Assembly (NCBI RefSeq): GCF_965279155.1
Contig: NZ_OZ257138.1
Span: 313,210-377,209 of the forward strand
Origin: Brevundimonas sp.
GTDB taxonomy: Bacteria > Pseudomonadota > Alphaproteobacteria > Caulobacterales > Caulobacteraceae
DNA length: 64,000 bases
Direction of reading: 5' to 3'
In this document: in pieces, positions 51,680-62,459 of the stretch
Numbering within the stretch: the first letter of the stretch is position 1
Layout: every line of letters begins with the position of its first letter
Notes under the pieces: model-generated
What the model was told of the DNA's origin: nothing
Seen by the model: only the letters and a program-made list of their open reading frames with translations
Database searches by the model: none
Made by a program: the position numbers and the translations under genes

Positions 51680-54600
51680 ATGACGATCAGGTTCTCCGAG
51701 AACGGCCCGGAAATCCCGAGCGCCTTGCTCGACGCGCTCATCGCCGGCGACGTGGTCTTCGTCTGTGGCGCCGGCATCAGCGCACCGCAGCTGCCGCATT
51801 TCCGTCTGCTCGTCGAGCAGGTCTATGCTGGCCTGAACGCCGAGATGGAGCCTTCCGAAGAAGCATCCTTCCAAGCCGGCCGGTACGAGGAAGCCCTCGG
51901 TTCATTGTCGCGGAGAATGGTCGGGAGCCGCGACGTCGTGGACACGGCTTCAGCGCTCCTGGCCGTGCCCGATCCTGTGGACCTGACCCGCCACGCGACA
52001 GTGCTGAGGTTGTCCCGTGACATCGCCAATCAGGTGATTGTGGTCACGACCAACTTCGACACTCTAATAGAACGGGCACTGGCCGACCATACCGGTGGAG
52101 ATGTTCGGGAGGAGAGCGCCGCCGGTCAGGGCCTGCCGCCCCCGGGCGGCGCGGACTTCCATGGCGTCATCCACCTCCACGGTCGGCTTCGGGACGAGGC
52201 GTTGGGGCTGGAGCCGACCCCGCTCGTTCTGACCAGTGCGGACTACGGCGACGCCTATATGCGTAGCGGCTGGGCGTCGCGGTTCCTGTTTGATCTGATC
52301 CGCTGCAAGACCATCGTCCTTTTGGGGTACAGCGCCTCCGACGCCCCTATCCGCTATTTCCTATCCGTACTGGCGGCGGATCGAGCACGCTTCCCTGCGC
52401 TCAACCCGGTCTACGCCTTCTATGCCGTGTTTGAGGACGTCGCCGAGGCGGATGCCCACTGGGGCACGTTGGCCGTTGAGCCCATCCCCTACCGTGCCTT
52501 CCGCGATCCGGAGACGGGGGCCGAGGATCACGCAGCCCTCTACGACGATCTGGCCCGGCTTGCAGATGTCGTCGAACGGCCGAAAGCGTCTCGGCGAGAA
52601 AGGGCGCGGGCGCTCTTGCAACGTGATCCAGGTAGCCTAACCCCGCTCGAAACAAACGAAGTGGACTGGCTCTTTAACGGTCGATCTGATCTTTGGGATC
52701 TCGTTATCCGAGAGGTGACCCAGGCTGGCTGGTTCGAGCTTTTCCGAAAGCGAAAGCTCTGGGATGACAAGACGGCGAGCTGGGTGGTCGCAGCCTGGGC
52801 GGCCCTGGAACCCCAATCTCGGGGCCGATATGAGACCGCCATCCGATGGAAGGGTCTGCTCGGCGAGCCTTTCACCGACGAAGTCGCGTGGCGCATTCGA
52901 CAGACGGCGGACCTTCCTGACCTTTGGCGCAAAGCCTGGCGGCTGCTCTGTGTCGATCAGCTTCAGGAGGACAATGTTTGGGACCTGAAAAGCCCCTACG
53001 AAATCCTGGAGGCGATGAAGCAGGGTGTCGTCCTGGATCGCGATCTGGAGCACGCCGTCGGTTGGCTGAGGCCTCGTCTCGACATCGAGCCACACACAGG
53101 CGCGATTTACGGTTCGCCGCCGCCCGAGCCGGCAGAACGACTTCATGACATCGCCTGGCCACGGCTCAAGCTGAGCGATCGGGGCGCGTTGCCGGACTTG
53201 CTCAACGCGATTCCGCAATGGGATTCCGAAGCGCGTTTGCTAGACCTCATGGCGTCGGCGCTCGCCAGTACGGTGCTGACCGCTGGTGACGCGGAGATGA
53301 TCCGCGACGAGTATGACGCCGTCGATGGCGGCCTGCCGTCCATCGAACCTCACAAGCAGAACGACCATCGCGACGGCGTCGTCCATCTGGCCCAGACCTC
53401 CGCCACGCTCCTTCCGAAGCTGGCGGCCACGGACAGGGATGCCGCGAGAGCGATCGTCGCACGTTGGCGGGCGTTGCCGGGGCGCCTGGGTCTCCGGCTG
53501 TGGCTGCAGGCCTGTCGAACACCCGCATTGTTCACGCCGTCCGAAGTCCTCATTGACCTTGAGAGGCTGTCAGAGATCGACTTCTGGACGCTGCGACGCG
53601 AGCTTGCTCTGGTTTTTAGGGAGGGGCTAGCCGGTGCACCGGAGGATGAGGTTCTGCGGCTCGAGGCCCGGATTCTGGATACAGCCGACGCCTATTTCCG
53701 CCGGTACGAACTCGACGAAGGCCAGATGGATTGGCGTCCTCACGCCCGAGACGCAGAGGTCTGGCTGCGTCTGATGATGTTGTCGGAGGCCGGTCTCCTC
53801 TCCCAACCCGGGAAGGACGAGCTTACGGCGATCAAGGTTCGCCGCGACTACCTGGATCGTGCCGTCGAGGATCGGGATTTCTTCGGGTCCTATATGTCCG
53901 AGGTGACCGTCGTCACCGGTGATCCGTCCCCGATCGTCGAGGCGGCGGACGAGGATCGCCTGGAGGTGGCCTTGCAGGTTCGGGCAAGCCGGGACCTCCA
54001 CACACAGCACGGCTGGAGTGCCTACGCGCGCCAGGATCCGGAAGGCGCCTTCAAGACGCTCATGGACGGCCCCCGAAACGAACCGAATGCACCGCTGTGG
54101 CAGGAGTTCATCGGCACGCTGTCGTGGCCTAGCGATCAGGAAGACACCACCAAGTCTCGTCTGACCGTATCGGTGTTCGAGGTTCTGGACGGCGCGGAAG
54201 ACGACTTTATCGATCTCGTCTCGGACAGGCTCGTCGATCTGCTCTGGGGTGCGGCGGATGCAGCCGATATCGACAGCGGTGCTTGGTGGAGCCGCCTCTG
54301 GGCCTCAGTGGTTCGGTCTGACGACGGCGCTGCGCCCAAGGTCGACGATCTCTATTCGCAGGCCATCAATCATCCGGCCGGTCGTCTGACGCAGATCGCA
54401 CTGAAGTCGATCGAACGACAGCGGCGAGACACTCCGGATGTGCGTGAGCCGTGGCTGGGAAGACTGCGCCAAGCCGGCGCGGAAGGCGGCCTAAGCGGGA
54501 TCATGGCTTGGGCGGTTATGGCTCATGACCTCGTTTTCGTCCTGTCGGTGGCGGAGGAAGACGCCGTTCGCGTCATGGCGCCGGCCATGAGCGCCGATGA

Positions 54601-55297
54601 CGATATCGGAGCTGGTCTGCGCAAGGTGGCGGTGGAGGAGGGGCGAGTCTCGCCTCTTCTGACCCGACGGTTCGGCCCGATCTTGATCAAGGCGGCGACG
54701 GAAAACACATCGTCCGGCTGGTCCCAAGTGCATGCCGCAGGCAAGCTCCTGATCCCCCTCGCTAGCGTGGCCAGCGGAGACAAGGCGGCGGATGCCTGGG
54801 GCGTGACGACGGCTGAGGTCGCTCACGCGTTGAGGGTCGGCACACCTTCGCTGCGCGATGGCGCCGCCGAATGGTTCCGCCGAGCACTCGAGGAGGAGGC
54901 TGATCCGGCGGCCACGTGGCGGGGCTGGATGGGGACGCTGTTCCGAACCGTCTGGCCGAGGGAAGCAAAGTACCGCGATGCGGCCCTGAACCGTCACCTC
55001 GCCGACTTCGCGATCGCTGCCAGTGATGCATTCCCCGAGGCGCTTGAGCTGCTGCGACCCTACTTCATGCCGCGAGGCGCAGGTCGAGGGCACACCAACT
55101 CCTTGAGCAAATCCGACCTGCCGGATCGCTTCCCAAACGCCTGTTTGGACCTTGTCTGGATACTTTTTGGTCTCGGCGAAGTGGTCGATAATTATGAGCT
55201 CCCCAAGCTACTCGACCGTCTGATCACTGCGGCCCCGCGCTTGGAGGCTGATCGACGCCTTCAATGGCTTGAACATCGCGTCTTCCGGTTCGACTAA
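51680..55297 (+). CDS. Large SIR2 (sirtuin/NADase) protein, DSR1-like
   Basis: [36 protein letters not shown]; about 900-aa helical C-terminal region. Confidence 0.85.
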   Translation: MTIRFSENGPEIPSALLDALIAGDVVFVCGAGISAPQLPHFRLLVEQVYAGLNAEMEPSEEASFQAGRYEEALGSLSRRMVGSRDVVDTASALLAVPDPVDLTRHATVLRLSRDIANQVIVVTTNFDTLIERALADHTGGDVREESAAGQGLPPPGGADFHGVIHLHGRLRDEALGLEPTPLVLTSADYGDAYMRSGWASRFLFDLIRCKTIVLLGYSASDAPIRYFLSVLAADRARFPALNPVYAFYAVFEDVAEADAHWGTLAVEPIPYRAFRDPETGAEDHAALYDDLARLADVVERPKASRRERARALLQRDPGSLTPLETNEVDWLFNGRSDLWDLVIREVTQAGWFELFRKRKLWDDKTASWVVAAWAALEPQSRGRYETAIRWKGLLGEPFTDEVAWRIRQTADLPDLWRKAWRLLCVDQLQEDNVWDLKSPYEILEAMKQGVVLDRDLEHAVGWLRPRLDIEPHTGAIYGSPPPEPAERLHDIAWPRLKLSDRGALPDLLNAIPQWDSEARLLDLMASALASTVLTAGDAEMIRDEYDAVDGGLPSIEPHKQNDHRDGVVHLAQTSATLLPKLAATDRDAARAIVARWRALPGRLGLRLWLQACRTPALFTPSEVLIDLERLSEIDFWTLRRELALVFREGLAGAPEDEVLRLEARILDTADAYFRRYELDEGQMDWRPHARDAEVWLRLMMLSEAGLLSQPGKDELTAIKVRRDYLDRAVEDRDFFGSYMSEVTVVTGDPSPIVEAADEDRLEVALQVRASRDLHTQHGWSAYARQDPEGAFKTLMDGPRNEPNAPLWQEFIGTLSWPSDQEDTTKSRLTVSVFEVLDGAEDDFIDLVSDRLVDLLWGAADAADIDSGAWWSRLWASVVRSDDGAAPKVDDLYSQAINHPAGRLTQIALKSIERQRRDTPDVREPWLGRLRQAGAEGGLSGIMAWAVMAHDLVFVLSVAEEDAVRVMAPAMSADDDIGAGLRKVAVEEGRVSPLLTRRFGPILIKAATENTSSGWSQVHAAGKLLIPLASVASGDKAADAWGVTTAEVAHALRVGTPSLRDGAAEWFRRALEEEADPAATWRGWMGTLFRTVWPREAKYRDAALNRHLADFAIAASDAFPEALELLRPYFMPRGAGRGHTNSLSKSDLPDRFPNACLDLVWILFGLGEVVDNYELPKLLDRLITAAPRLEADRRLQWLEHRVFRFD

Positions 55298-55320
55298 CTC
55301 CGAGATGTCCGATTGGATCT

Positions 55321-55690
55321 TCGAAGCGGTGAAGCCGGCGCATTCGATCGCAACCCGCATGGCCTGTTCCTGGAGGAGGGGCACGCCGAGGGTCTTGCCC
55401 AGCACCTTCTCCAGCTCGGGATTGGGATAGACGACGTCCTCCTTGCCCTCTCTGCGACGCAGATAGGGATGGACCATGTCGCCCTGGATCGGGCCGGGGC
55501 GGACGATGGCGACCTCGATGACCAGATTGTAGAAGGTGCGCGGCTTGATGCGCGGGAGCATGGCCATCTGGGCCTGGCTCTCGATCTGGAAGACACCGAG
55601 CATGTCGGCCTTCCGGATCATCGCATAGGTCTTGGGGGCCTCGGCCGGAATGGTGGCGAGGTCGAGCGCGATCCCCTTGTGCTCGGCCAG
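55321..55690 (-). pseudogene. dnaE2: Internal fragment of error-prone polymerase DnaE2/ImuC
   Basis: [52 protein letters not shown]; both ends missing. Confidence 0.85.
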
Positions 55691-55699
55691 CCGTCTCAG

Positions 55700-55895
55700 C
55701 GCGGCGATGCGCTTCTACACCATGACCCCGTACGTTGTGACCATATTCACCGGTCTGGCCGTCGCCATCGGCGCCACCCTGTTCCGGTGGCCCATTTGGC
55801 CGACATCTCGAACTCGGGCACGCTGTTCGCCATTTTCATGATGTCGATCGCGGTAATGGCGCTGCGCAAGGCCGACCCGAGCCGGCATGCCGACG
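55700..55895 (+). pseudogene. Frameshifted fragment of an APC amino-acid permease
   Basis: TPYVVTIFTG then frame change to LADISNSGTLFAIFMMSIAVMALRKADP. Confidence 0.7.
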
Positions 55896-55999
55896 CCCGA
55901 GGCCTGACACGCAGAGCGCAACTTGTTTTCCCTCGTGCAATGGTTGCGCGTTAACGAGGACTGCGCTCAAGGTCGGCCGTCAACTTTGCGAGGCCCGGA

Positions 56000-58459
56000 A
56001 TGGATACGGCTCTTATCGTGATGGGCGTCGCTGTCCCCGGCGGGGCGCCTGTCTTCTGCTACGCCCAACTCAGATCGGTGATCGCCGCAGGCGATTACGG
56101 ACCCCTCACCCTGCCCAGATCCGCAGCCCCGGCGAACCATCGCCGCGTCGCGGTGATGAAGGCGTTCGAACTTGTCTCATGGCGACGGCGCCTGAGCGAC
56201 GATGAGTTGGCCGCTTTCCGTTCCGGGCTGTCGGCGGGAACGGTGTCCTTGCCCGATGACTGTCCGATCGAGCCCGGCAAGACAATTAACGGCGAGACCT
56301 TCCCGGATACCTATATTCTCGAGACAAGCGACTACGTACCTGTGGCTGGTGCCGGGGTGCTGACTAGCCGCGGGCTGTGTTCGGCCGACGCCGTGCCCGA
56401 TATCGTAAACCTTCTCATCGCTGCGTTTGGCCGCGCTGAGGTCGGCGACGGGGTGCAGGCGCTGCTCACCGCGATCGACGATGAAATCGGGTCGCCGAAC
56501 CTCGTGGCGGAAACCCGTCGCCTGGGCGTCGTGGAAGACCTTCGACGGTCATCGTCGGCGACAGCCGCCGATCTTCTGCGTGTCGCGGTGGCCAAGGTCG
56601 ATGCCCGATCCGACGATGCCTGCCTTCAGCTCCGCATCATTCGAGAGCCGGTGGTCACCGCGCGCCGCGACCTCCGTGTCGTGGTTCGGATGAAGACCTC
56701 GACGTTCGAGGTCGTCCGCCGACTGATCCTGATCCCTGCGGACACGGATGAGCAGATCGTGGACTCGCCGAGTCACATCGTGGAGGCGGAGCTTCAGGTT
56801 TTCGATGCGCGGGATGGGGAGTTCCTTCAGTTGGTGGATACATGGTTTACCCAAGGGTTCCTGCTCTCCATGACCATGATGGGCGCCACAGACCTGCTCC
56901 CGACGCCGTTCAGCTCAGCGCCTCACAGCCCAGACCTGATCGCCCGGCCCCGATTTGAGGGCGGCGGTCCGAAGACTAGGCTGGGGTTCGGAAATCGCTC
57001 AGGCGGCTTCGATGTCCTGAAGGCGACCGCGGATATTGTCGATCAACTCGCCGGAAAGCGGGACGAGAAACTAGAATCCCGGTTCTTCGAGGCCGGGCAT
57101 CAATCCCAAGTCGAGGTGATCCGCTGGATCAAGTCCCAGCTCGAAAACACAGACGTGGAAGAAGCTTTTCTCCTCGATCCTTACCTCGGTCGCCCCGCTA
57201 TGGAGCGGGTCATCCTCCGCAACGGGAGTGAGAGTCTGAAGCTGACCCTGATGGTGTCCCCCGGGGCCGTCGATCCAGACGCCGAGAAAATGGACGCCAT
57301 CGTGGGGTCGGGACTTCACGTTCAGGGTCTGGTCGCCGCCGCCGAGGCGCTGAAGTCTCAGCTGTGCGGAGAGGTTGAAATCATCCATGTCGAGCGGGGG
57401 AGCGATCAGCGCCAGGCCTTCCACGACCGCTATCTGGGCCTCAAGCTGCAGGATGGAACGCCTCGTGTCTTCGTGCTGTCGAACAGTCTCAGCAAGGCGG
57501 CTGGAGCGTGGCCATTCGCCATCGCCGAGGTTGATCGCCGCGCCGCATGGCGGATCGCCGCCTATGTCAGCGCCCTGCGCCGCGGCCTCGAAAACGGTCA
57601 CCCTGTCACCTCCACCGTCATCTGGCGTTCTGGCCCACGCGAGAGCCAGTATGAGGTCCCCGAGGCGACGGCCTTCCAGTCGGCGCTGTGGGAGCTTCAC
57701 GGCGCGTTGTGCGAAGTCTGCACCGGTTCAGACGATGTCGATCCCGAACCCTACACGCCTCTTGTCGACCAGCTGCTCGCCTGCTTGCCTGAAGATCAGG
57801 ATGTCTCGGATCTCGGGACGGCGGTCTTCAAGGGGATGTACGGGCGTGATCGTTCGGCGAGCTTGCTGGCCGGCTGGATCGAAGACCGGCATGGCCATGA
57901 AGCGCTGGGACGGGCCGTCGCGGCAGCACAACTTGACGAGATTCTCCAGCAAGTGGCCCCCAAGGACGGACGTATCGGTCGGGTCCACCTTCAGATCGAC
58001 TCCCTGGTCCTCGCCGGCCTTCAACTGTCGCGCACCCCCAAGGGGACAGATGTCATACGGGATCGCCTGAACCCCGCCGCGGAACACTGCATGCTCTGGC
58101 TCGAGCTGGGAGGGGCGGGCGACCGTTCCCTTCGCGCCCTCTCCGCCGTATTCGCGATCGTCCTCATCGGGCTGGAGACCGCGCGCCAGGGTGTCGATCT
58201 CGTGCCCGCCCACCGGACGGGCCTTGCGACCGACTATGTCGCCCTGCTGGCCCGCGTGCTGCGGACCGACACTGCCCGAGAATGGCTCGCGCTGCGTGAC
58301 GACCTGGCCCCGGACACGGCGATCGTGAGACGATGCTTGGCCGCCGCCGAAGAACTGGCGTCCGATCTGCACGGCCCGGTCGCCGCGACCTGGAGACGGC
58401 TGTCGGCGGACCCCCTCTGTGTCAGGCCGCTTCCGATCGCTGACGAGCGGTCGCTGTGA
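56000..58459 (+). CDS. Large hypothetical protein with a PLD-fold (HDR-type) domain, VPA1262-like
   Basis: AFLLDPYL, then AFHDRYL...VFVLSNSLS (57419-57493). Confidence 0.65.
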   Translation: MDTALIVMGVAVPGGAPVFCYAQLRSVIAAGDYGPLTLPRSAAPANHRRVAVMKAFELVSWRRRLSDDELAAFRSGLSAGTVSLPDDCPIEPGKTINGETFPDTYILETSDYVPVAGAGVLTSRGLCSADAVPDIVNLLIAAFGRAEVGDGVQALLTAIDDEIGSPNLVAETRRLGVVEDLRRSSSATAADLLRVAVAKVDARSDDACLQLRIIREPVVTARRDLRVVVRMKTSTFEVVRRLILIPADTDEQIVDSPSHIVEAELQVFDARDGEFLQLVDTWFTQGFLLSMTMMGATDLLPTPFSSAPHSPDLIARPRFEGGGPKTRLGFGNRSGGFDVLKATADIVDQLAGKRDEKLESRFFEAGHQSQVEVIRWIKSQLENTDVEEAFLLDPYLGRPAMERVILRNGSESLKLTLMVSPGAVDPDAEKMDAIVGSGLHVQGLVAAAEALKSQLCGEVEIIHVERGSDQRQAFHDRYLGLKLQDGTPRVFVLSNSLSKAAGAWPFAIAEVDRRAAWRIAAYVSALRRGLENGHPVTSTVIWRSGPRESQYEVPEATAFQSALWELHGALCEVCTGSDDVDPEPYTPLVDQLLACLPEDQDVSDLGTAVFKGMYGRDRSASLLAGWIEDRHGHEALGRAVAAAQLDEILQQVAPKDGRIGRVHLQIDSLVLAGLQLSRTPKGTDVIRDRLNPAAEHCMLWLELGGAGDRSLRALSAVFAIVLIGLETARQGVDLVPAHRTGLATDYVALLARVLRTDTAREWLALRDDLAPDTAIVRRCLAAAEELASDLHGPVAATWRRLSADPLCVRPLPIADERSL

Positions 58460-58718
58460 ATCTGGCAGATCCGGTCGCGGAAGCCGCACGCCTGCTGTTG
58501 CAGAGCATGTCCACGAGCCGGGGAAAGCTCGGCCGGCGACAGTCGTTCCTGTTTGGCCGCCCGGGGTCTTCGCCCCACGACCGGCGAATGGCGAGGCGAT
58601 TTCAAAGATACGGCTTTGGGAACGGGCCGGACGGGACCAGCATCCAGCAACGCCGCCGGCCGACGGATGCCCTAGAATGATCGCGCGACCTGGGATCTGA
58701 TTCGGAGCTCTCGACGTC

Positions 58719-61700
58719 ATGTTCAACATCACCGGCGAGGATATCGCGCAACTGGGGGACGCCGACCTGCGGACCCTCGTCGCCCGGCTCGCCCAGGCAG
58801 AGGTGGCGCGGCGCGGCGGTCCCGTGTCAGCGGTCACCGCGGGCGGTCCGCAGGACGCCGGGGACGGCGGCATCGATGTGCGCGTTGAACTGCCGACGCC
58901 GACTGCACAACCCGATTTCGTCCCGCGGGCACAGACAGGGTTCCAGGTCAAGAAACCACCCATGACCCCATCTGCGATCGGTGGCGAAATGCGCCCGACC
59001 GGCACGCTGCGCGCTGCGATCGCCGAGCTTGCGGAGAAACGCGGAGCGTATCTGATCGTGAGCGGAGCGACGGGGGTCACCGACGTCGCGCTCGCAAGAC
59101 GCCGGACGGCGATGCGAGAGGCGGTCGCCGACCACCCAAAGGCGGGGGATCTGCATCTCGACTTCTATGATCGGGACCGGCTCGCGGCGTGGGCCGACCT
59201 CTATCCGGGCGTGGCCGCGTGGGTGCGCGGGCGGGTCGGGCGCCCGCTCGCGGGCTGGCGACCGATCGGGCGCTGGCGGGACCTCTCGACGGCCACCGAC
59301 ACCGGCTACCTGATCGACGAGGGGCTGACGCTGATCGACGAACGCGACGGGGCCAAGGTGCTGCCAATCGAGCAGGGCCTCGCGCTCCTGCGCGATCTGC
59401 TTCGGCGACCCGGCGCCTGCGTCAGACTGATCGGCTTGTCCGGGGTGGGCAAGACCCGTCTCGTGGAAGCTCTGTTCGAGGACGGGGTCGGCTCAGCGCC
59501 CCTTGATCCGGGTTCGGCCATCTATGCGGACTACGCCGACGCCACGACGCCGTCTGCCCAGGAGATGGCCCAACGCCTCGACGAGGCCCAAACCTCAGCC
59601 ATTCTGATTATCGACAACTGCAACCCGGCGACGCACAGCCGACTCGCCCAGGTGTGCGGGCGGCCGGGCAGTCGGATCAGCCTCCTGACGGTCGAGTACG
59701 ACATCCGGGATGACGAACCGGAAGCAACCCAAGTCGTACGGCTGGTCGCGTCTTCGGAACCCTTGGTCGAAACGTGGCTGGGGCGGGACTTCCCGCATGT
59801 GTCCCAACTGGATCGCGGCCGGATCGCCACCTTCAGCGGCGGCAATTTCCGCGTGGCGCGGGCGCTGGCGGGCGCGTTGCGAGTCGGGGAAAGCCTCGGT
59901 CGATTGCGAGACCGGGACCTGTTCGAACGGATCTTCCGGCAGCGGAACGACCCGGACCAGACCTTGCTGCGCGATGCCGAGACGCTCGCCCTGTTCTATT
60001 CGTTCGAGGGCGTGGACGATGCGGACGGCGAACTCGCGCGTATCGGTCGGCTCCAGGGACGCATGGTCGCCGATCTGTTCGGCACCTTGGCGGAGCTGAA
60101 AACCCGAGGCGTGCTTCAAACGCGCGGGAAGTGGCGCGCCATCCTGCCGCACGCCATCGCGAACCCGCTGGCGGCCGGGGCGCTGGGCCGGCTACCCCCC
60201 GCCGCATTCGACGCCTTCGCCGCAGCCCTGCCGGAGCGGATGTTCCGCTCGCTCACGCGGCGGCTGGGCCAGCTCCACGATGTGGACGTTGCTCGCGATC
60301 TGGTTCAGCGCTGGTTGGACCCCACAGGGCCGGCGGGCGACCTTCTCGCCGGGGGGCGGTTCGATCTGCTGATCAACCTCGCACCTGTCGCTCCGCGCGA
60401 CACGCTCGACAGGCTAACGGCTGCGGTTCAGGCGGGGGACGGACCGAGAGCCGGAGGATTGCACAGGGGCAGCTGGAACAGCCTGATCAAGGCGATCGCC
60501 TATGACGTCGATCTGTTCGCGCCGGCGGCTCGCCTTCTGGCGAGCCTGGTCGCCCGGGAGGCGCACGATGAGAACTACGACAGCGCCCGGGGCGCGTTCG
60601 AGGAACTGTTCCATCTCTACCTGTCCGGCTCCCAGGCCTCGCCCGCGGATCGCCGGGCCATCACGGTCGAGCTCCTGAGGAGCGACGACCCCGGCCTGCG
60701 GCGGGCGGGCGGCCTGGCCCTCGACGGCCTGCTGCAGGAGGGGCACTTCAGTTCCAGCCATAGCCTGGACTTCGGAGCCCGCCCTCGGGATTTCGGCTGG
60801 CACCCGACGACGACGCAGGACGTCAGCGACTGGTACGAAGCCGCGCTCGGCGTCGCACGAACCGAAACGCGCCGGGACGAACAGCGCGTGCGTTTTGCCG
60901 GAGCGCTGCGCGGTCTCTGGCGATACCCGGCCTGCCGCACGGCGTTCGAGGCGGCCGCGGCGGATTTTGAAGGCGACGGCGGCTGGCTTGAAGGGTGGTC
61001 TGCGCTGCGGATGGTATTGCGCTACGACGCCGAGGGGATGCCGACCGAGGTTCGACAACAGACAGACGCACTGATCGACAGGCTCAAGCCAGACGGACTG
61101 CTGGCGCGGGCGAGAGCATGGGTCGTGTCGCCACGGCCGGGTCTTTGGGAGGACGACGACGACGAAGAGCCCTCGGACTCCGGCACCTCATGGGAGCGCG
61201 CCAACGACCGTGCCGCCGAAATCGGCGCGGCCATGGCGTCCGACGAGGCCCTGCTCGCGGCCTTTATCCCCGAGGTGATGAGAGAGGGGGCGGCCGCGAT
61301 CCGCGATGCGCCCTTCGCCCGCGGTGTCGCAGGGGCCGTCTCGGATCTGCAGGCGACCTGGACAGTCATGACGACCGCCTATCGCGTCGGAGAGCCAGCT
61401 CGCCACTCGCCTGTGATCCTGGCCCATTTCCTCGCGGCCGCCCGGGCGCGGGATGACGCCTTCGTCGAGGCCTCGCTTGAGGCCGCCGCCGCCGACCCGG
61501 ATCTCGCGGGAGTCCTTGCCTACCTCCAGTTCACAGCCGGTTTGGATGCGCGCGGCATCGACCGACTGCTGCGCGCGATGGACGCGTCCGACGCGGTCGA
61601 ATCCTACCAGGTCCTTGGACGCGTTCACCCCGAGGACGTTGCGCCGGCCGATCTGGCGCGTTTGCTGGCGCGGCTCGCGCAGAAGCCTGGCGGCGTCACG

Positions 61701-62459
61701 ATCGGCCTGGACGCGCTATCGACCTATTTCTACCCGTCCGGTGGCAAGGCGGTCGAACCCCACCCCGCGCTCGTCGTCCTGGGGCGCGACCTCTTCTCCC
61801 GCATGGGACCCGAAGGTCTTTCGGACATGCGGAATTACAGCCTGCGCTATGTCGTACGGCCCTGTCTCTCCGGCGTGGACGGAGAAGCAGCCGCGCGGCG
61901 GACCTGTGAAATCGTCCGCAGCCTCAAAACGGGCCGGTCGGGTTGGAAACGGGGCGGAAACGGACTTGCCCAGGCGCTCTTCGAGGTCCAGCCGGAGATT
62001 GCACTCGACGTCTTCATGGCCGGTCCGGACGGGCCCGTTGAGACGCTCTTTCGGGAGCGCCCCGGCGGCCCTTCACCCCTCAACAAACTGGATGTGTCGC
62101 AGGTGGTCAGCTGGGCCGATAGGGACCCGGCGGCCCGCTACGCAGCCTTGGGGACCGCTTCCGCCATGTTCCTCAAAGACCAGGGCGATCGTACGCTGGG
62201 ATTGAACCCACTGTTCGTAACCTTGCTCGAGCACTCCCCGGATAAGCAGGCCTTCCTGGGGTCGTTCTACGACCGTCTCGCGCCGAGGAGCTGGTCGGGT
62301 TCGCTCGCCGAGATACTAGACCAGCGGCGGCGACTGCTCGACGCCTTGCCGGATCATCCGGATGTTCAGACCTGGCGCGAGGCCGCCGCGCCCCAGATTG
62401 CCCGTTGGATCGCCACCGAGCGGGAGAACGAGGCAGAGCGGGAGGAGTCTTTTGAATGA
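58719..62459 (+). CDS. Restriction-endonuclease-like + STAND-like P-loop ATPase + helical C-terminus (Avs-like architecture)
   Basis: DGGID...GFQVK (PD-(D/E)xK/Mrr-like); Walker A GLSGVGKT (59433-59456); Walker B ILIIDN (from 59601). Confidence 0.75.
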   Translation: MFNITGEDIAQLGDADLRTLVARLAQAEVARRGGPVSAVTAGGPQDAGDGGIDVRVELPTPTAQPDFVPRAQTGFQVKKPPMTPSAIGGEMRPTGTLRAAIAELAEKRGAYLIVSGATGVTDVALARRRTAMREAVADHPKAGDLHLDFYDRDRLAAWADLYPGVAAWVRGRVGRPLAGWRPIGRWRDLSTATDTGYLIDEGLTLIDERDGAKVLPIEQGLALLRDLLRRPGACVRLIGLSGVGKTRLVEALFEDGVGSAPLDPGSAIYADYADATTPSAQEMAQRLDEAQTSAILIIDNCNPATHSRLAQVCGRPGSRISLLTVEYDIRDDEPEATQVVRLVASSEPLVETWLGRDFPHVSQLDRGRIATFSGGNFRVARALAGALRVGESLGRLRDRDLFERIFRQRNDPDQTLLRDAETLALFYSFEGVDDADGELARIGRLQGRMVADLFGTLAELKTRGVLQTRGKWRAILPHAIANPLAAGALGRLPPAAFDAFAAALPERMFRSLTRRLGQLHDVDVARDLVQRWLDPTGPAGDLLAGGRFDLLINLAPVAPRDTLDRLTAAVQAGDGPRAGGLHRGSWNSLIKAIAYDVDLFAPAARLLASLVAREAHDENYDSARGAFEELFHLYLSGSQASPADRRAITVELLRSDDPGLRRAGGLALDGLLQEGHFSSSHSLDFGARPRDFGWHPTTTQDVSDWYEAALGVARTETRRDEQRVRFAGALRGLWRYPACRTAFEAAAADFEGDGGWLEGWSALRMVLRYDAEGMPTEVRQQTDALIDRLKPDGLLARARAWVVSPRPGLWEDDDDEEPSDSGTSWERANDRAAEIGAAMASDEALLAAFIPEVMREGAAAIRDAPFARGVAGAVSDLQATWTVMTTAYRVGEPARHSPVILAHFLAAARARDDAFVEASLEAAAADPDLAGVLAYLQFTAGLDARGIDRLLRAMDASDAVESYQVLGRVHPEDVAPADLARLLARLAQKPGGVTIGLDALSTYFYPSGGKAVEPHPALVVLGRDLFSRMGPEGLSDMRNYSLRYVVRPCLSGVDGEAAARRTCEIVRSLKTGRSGWKRGGNGLAQALFEVQPEIALDVFMAGPDGPVETLFRERPGGPSPLNKLDVSQVVSWADRDPAARYAALGTASAMFLKDQGDRTLGLNPLFVTLLEHSPDKQAFLGSFYDRLAPRSWSGSLAEILDQRRRLLDALPDHPDVQTWREAAAPQIARWIATERENEAEREESFE

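Noticed and set aside
58456-58680. 74-aa ORF overlapping the PLD-gene stop (GTGA)
   Set aside because: Low-complexity, Arg-rich and without any recognisable motif; likely a spurious GC-rich ORF, although the overlap merits a Ribo-seq check.
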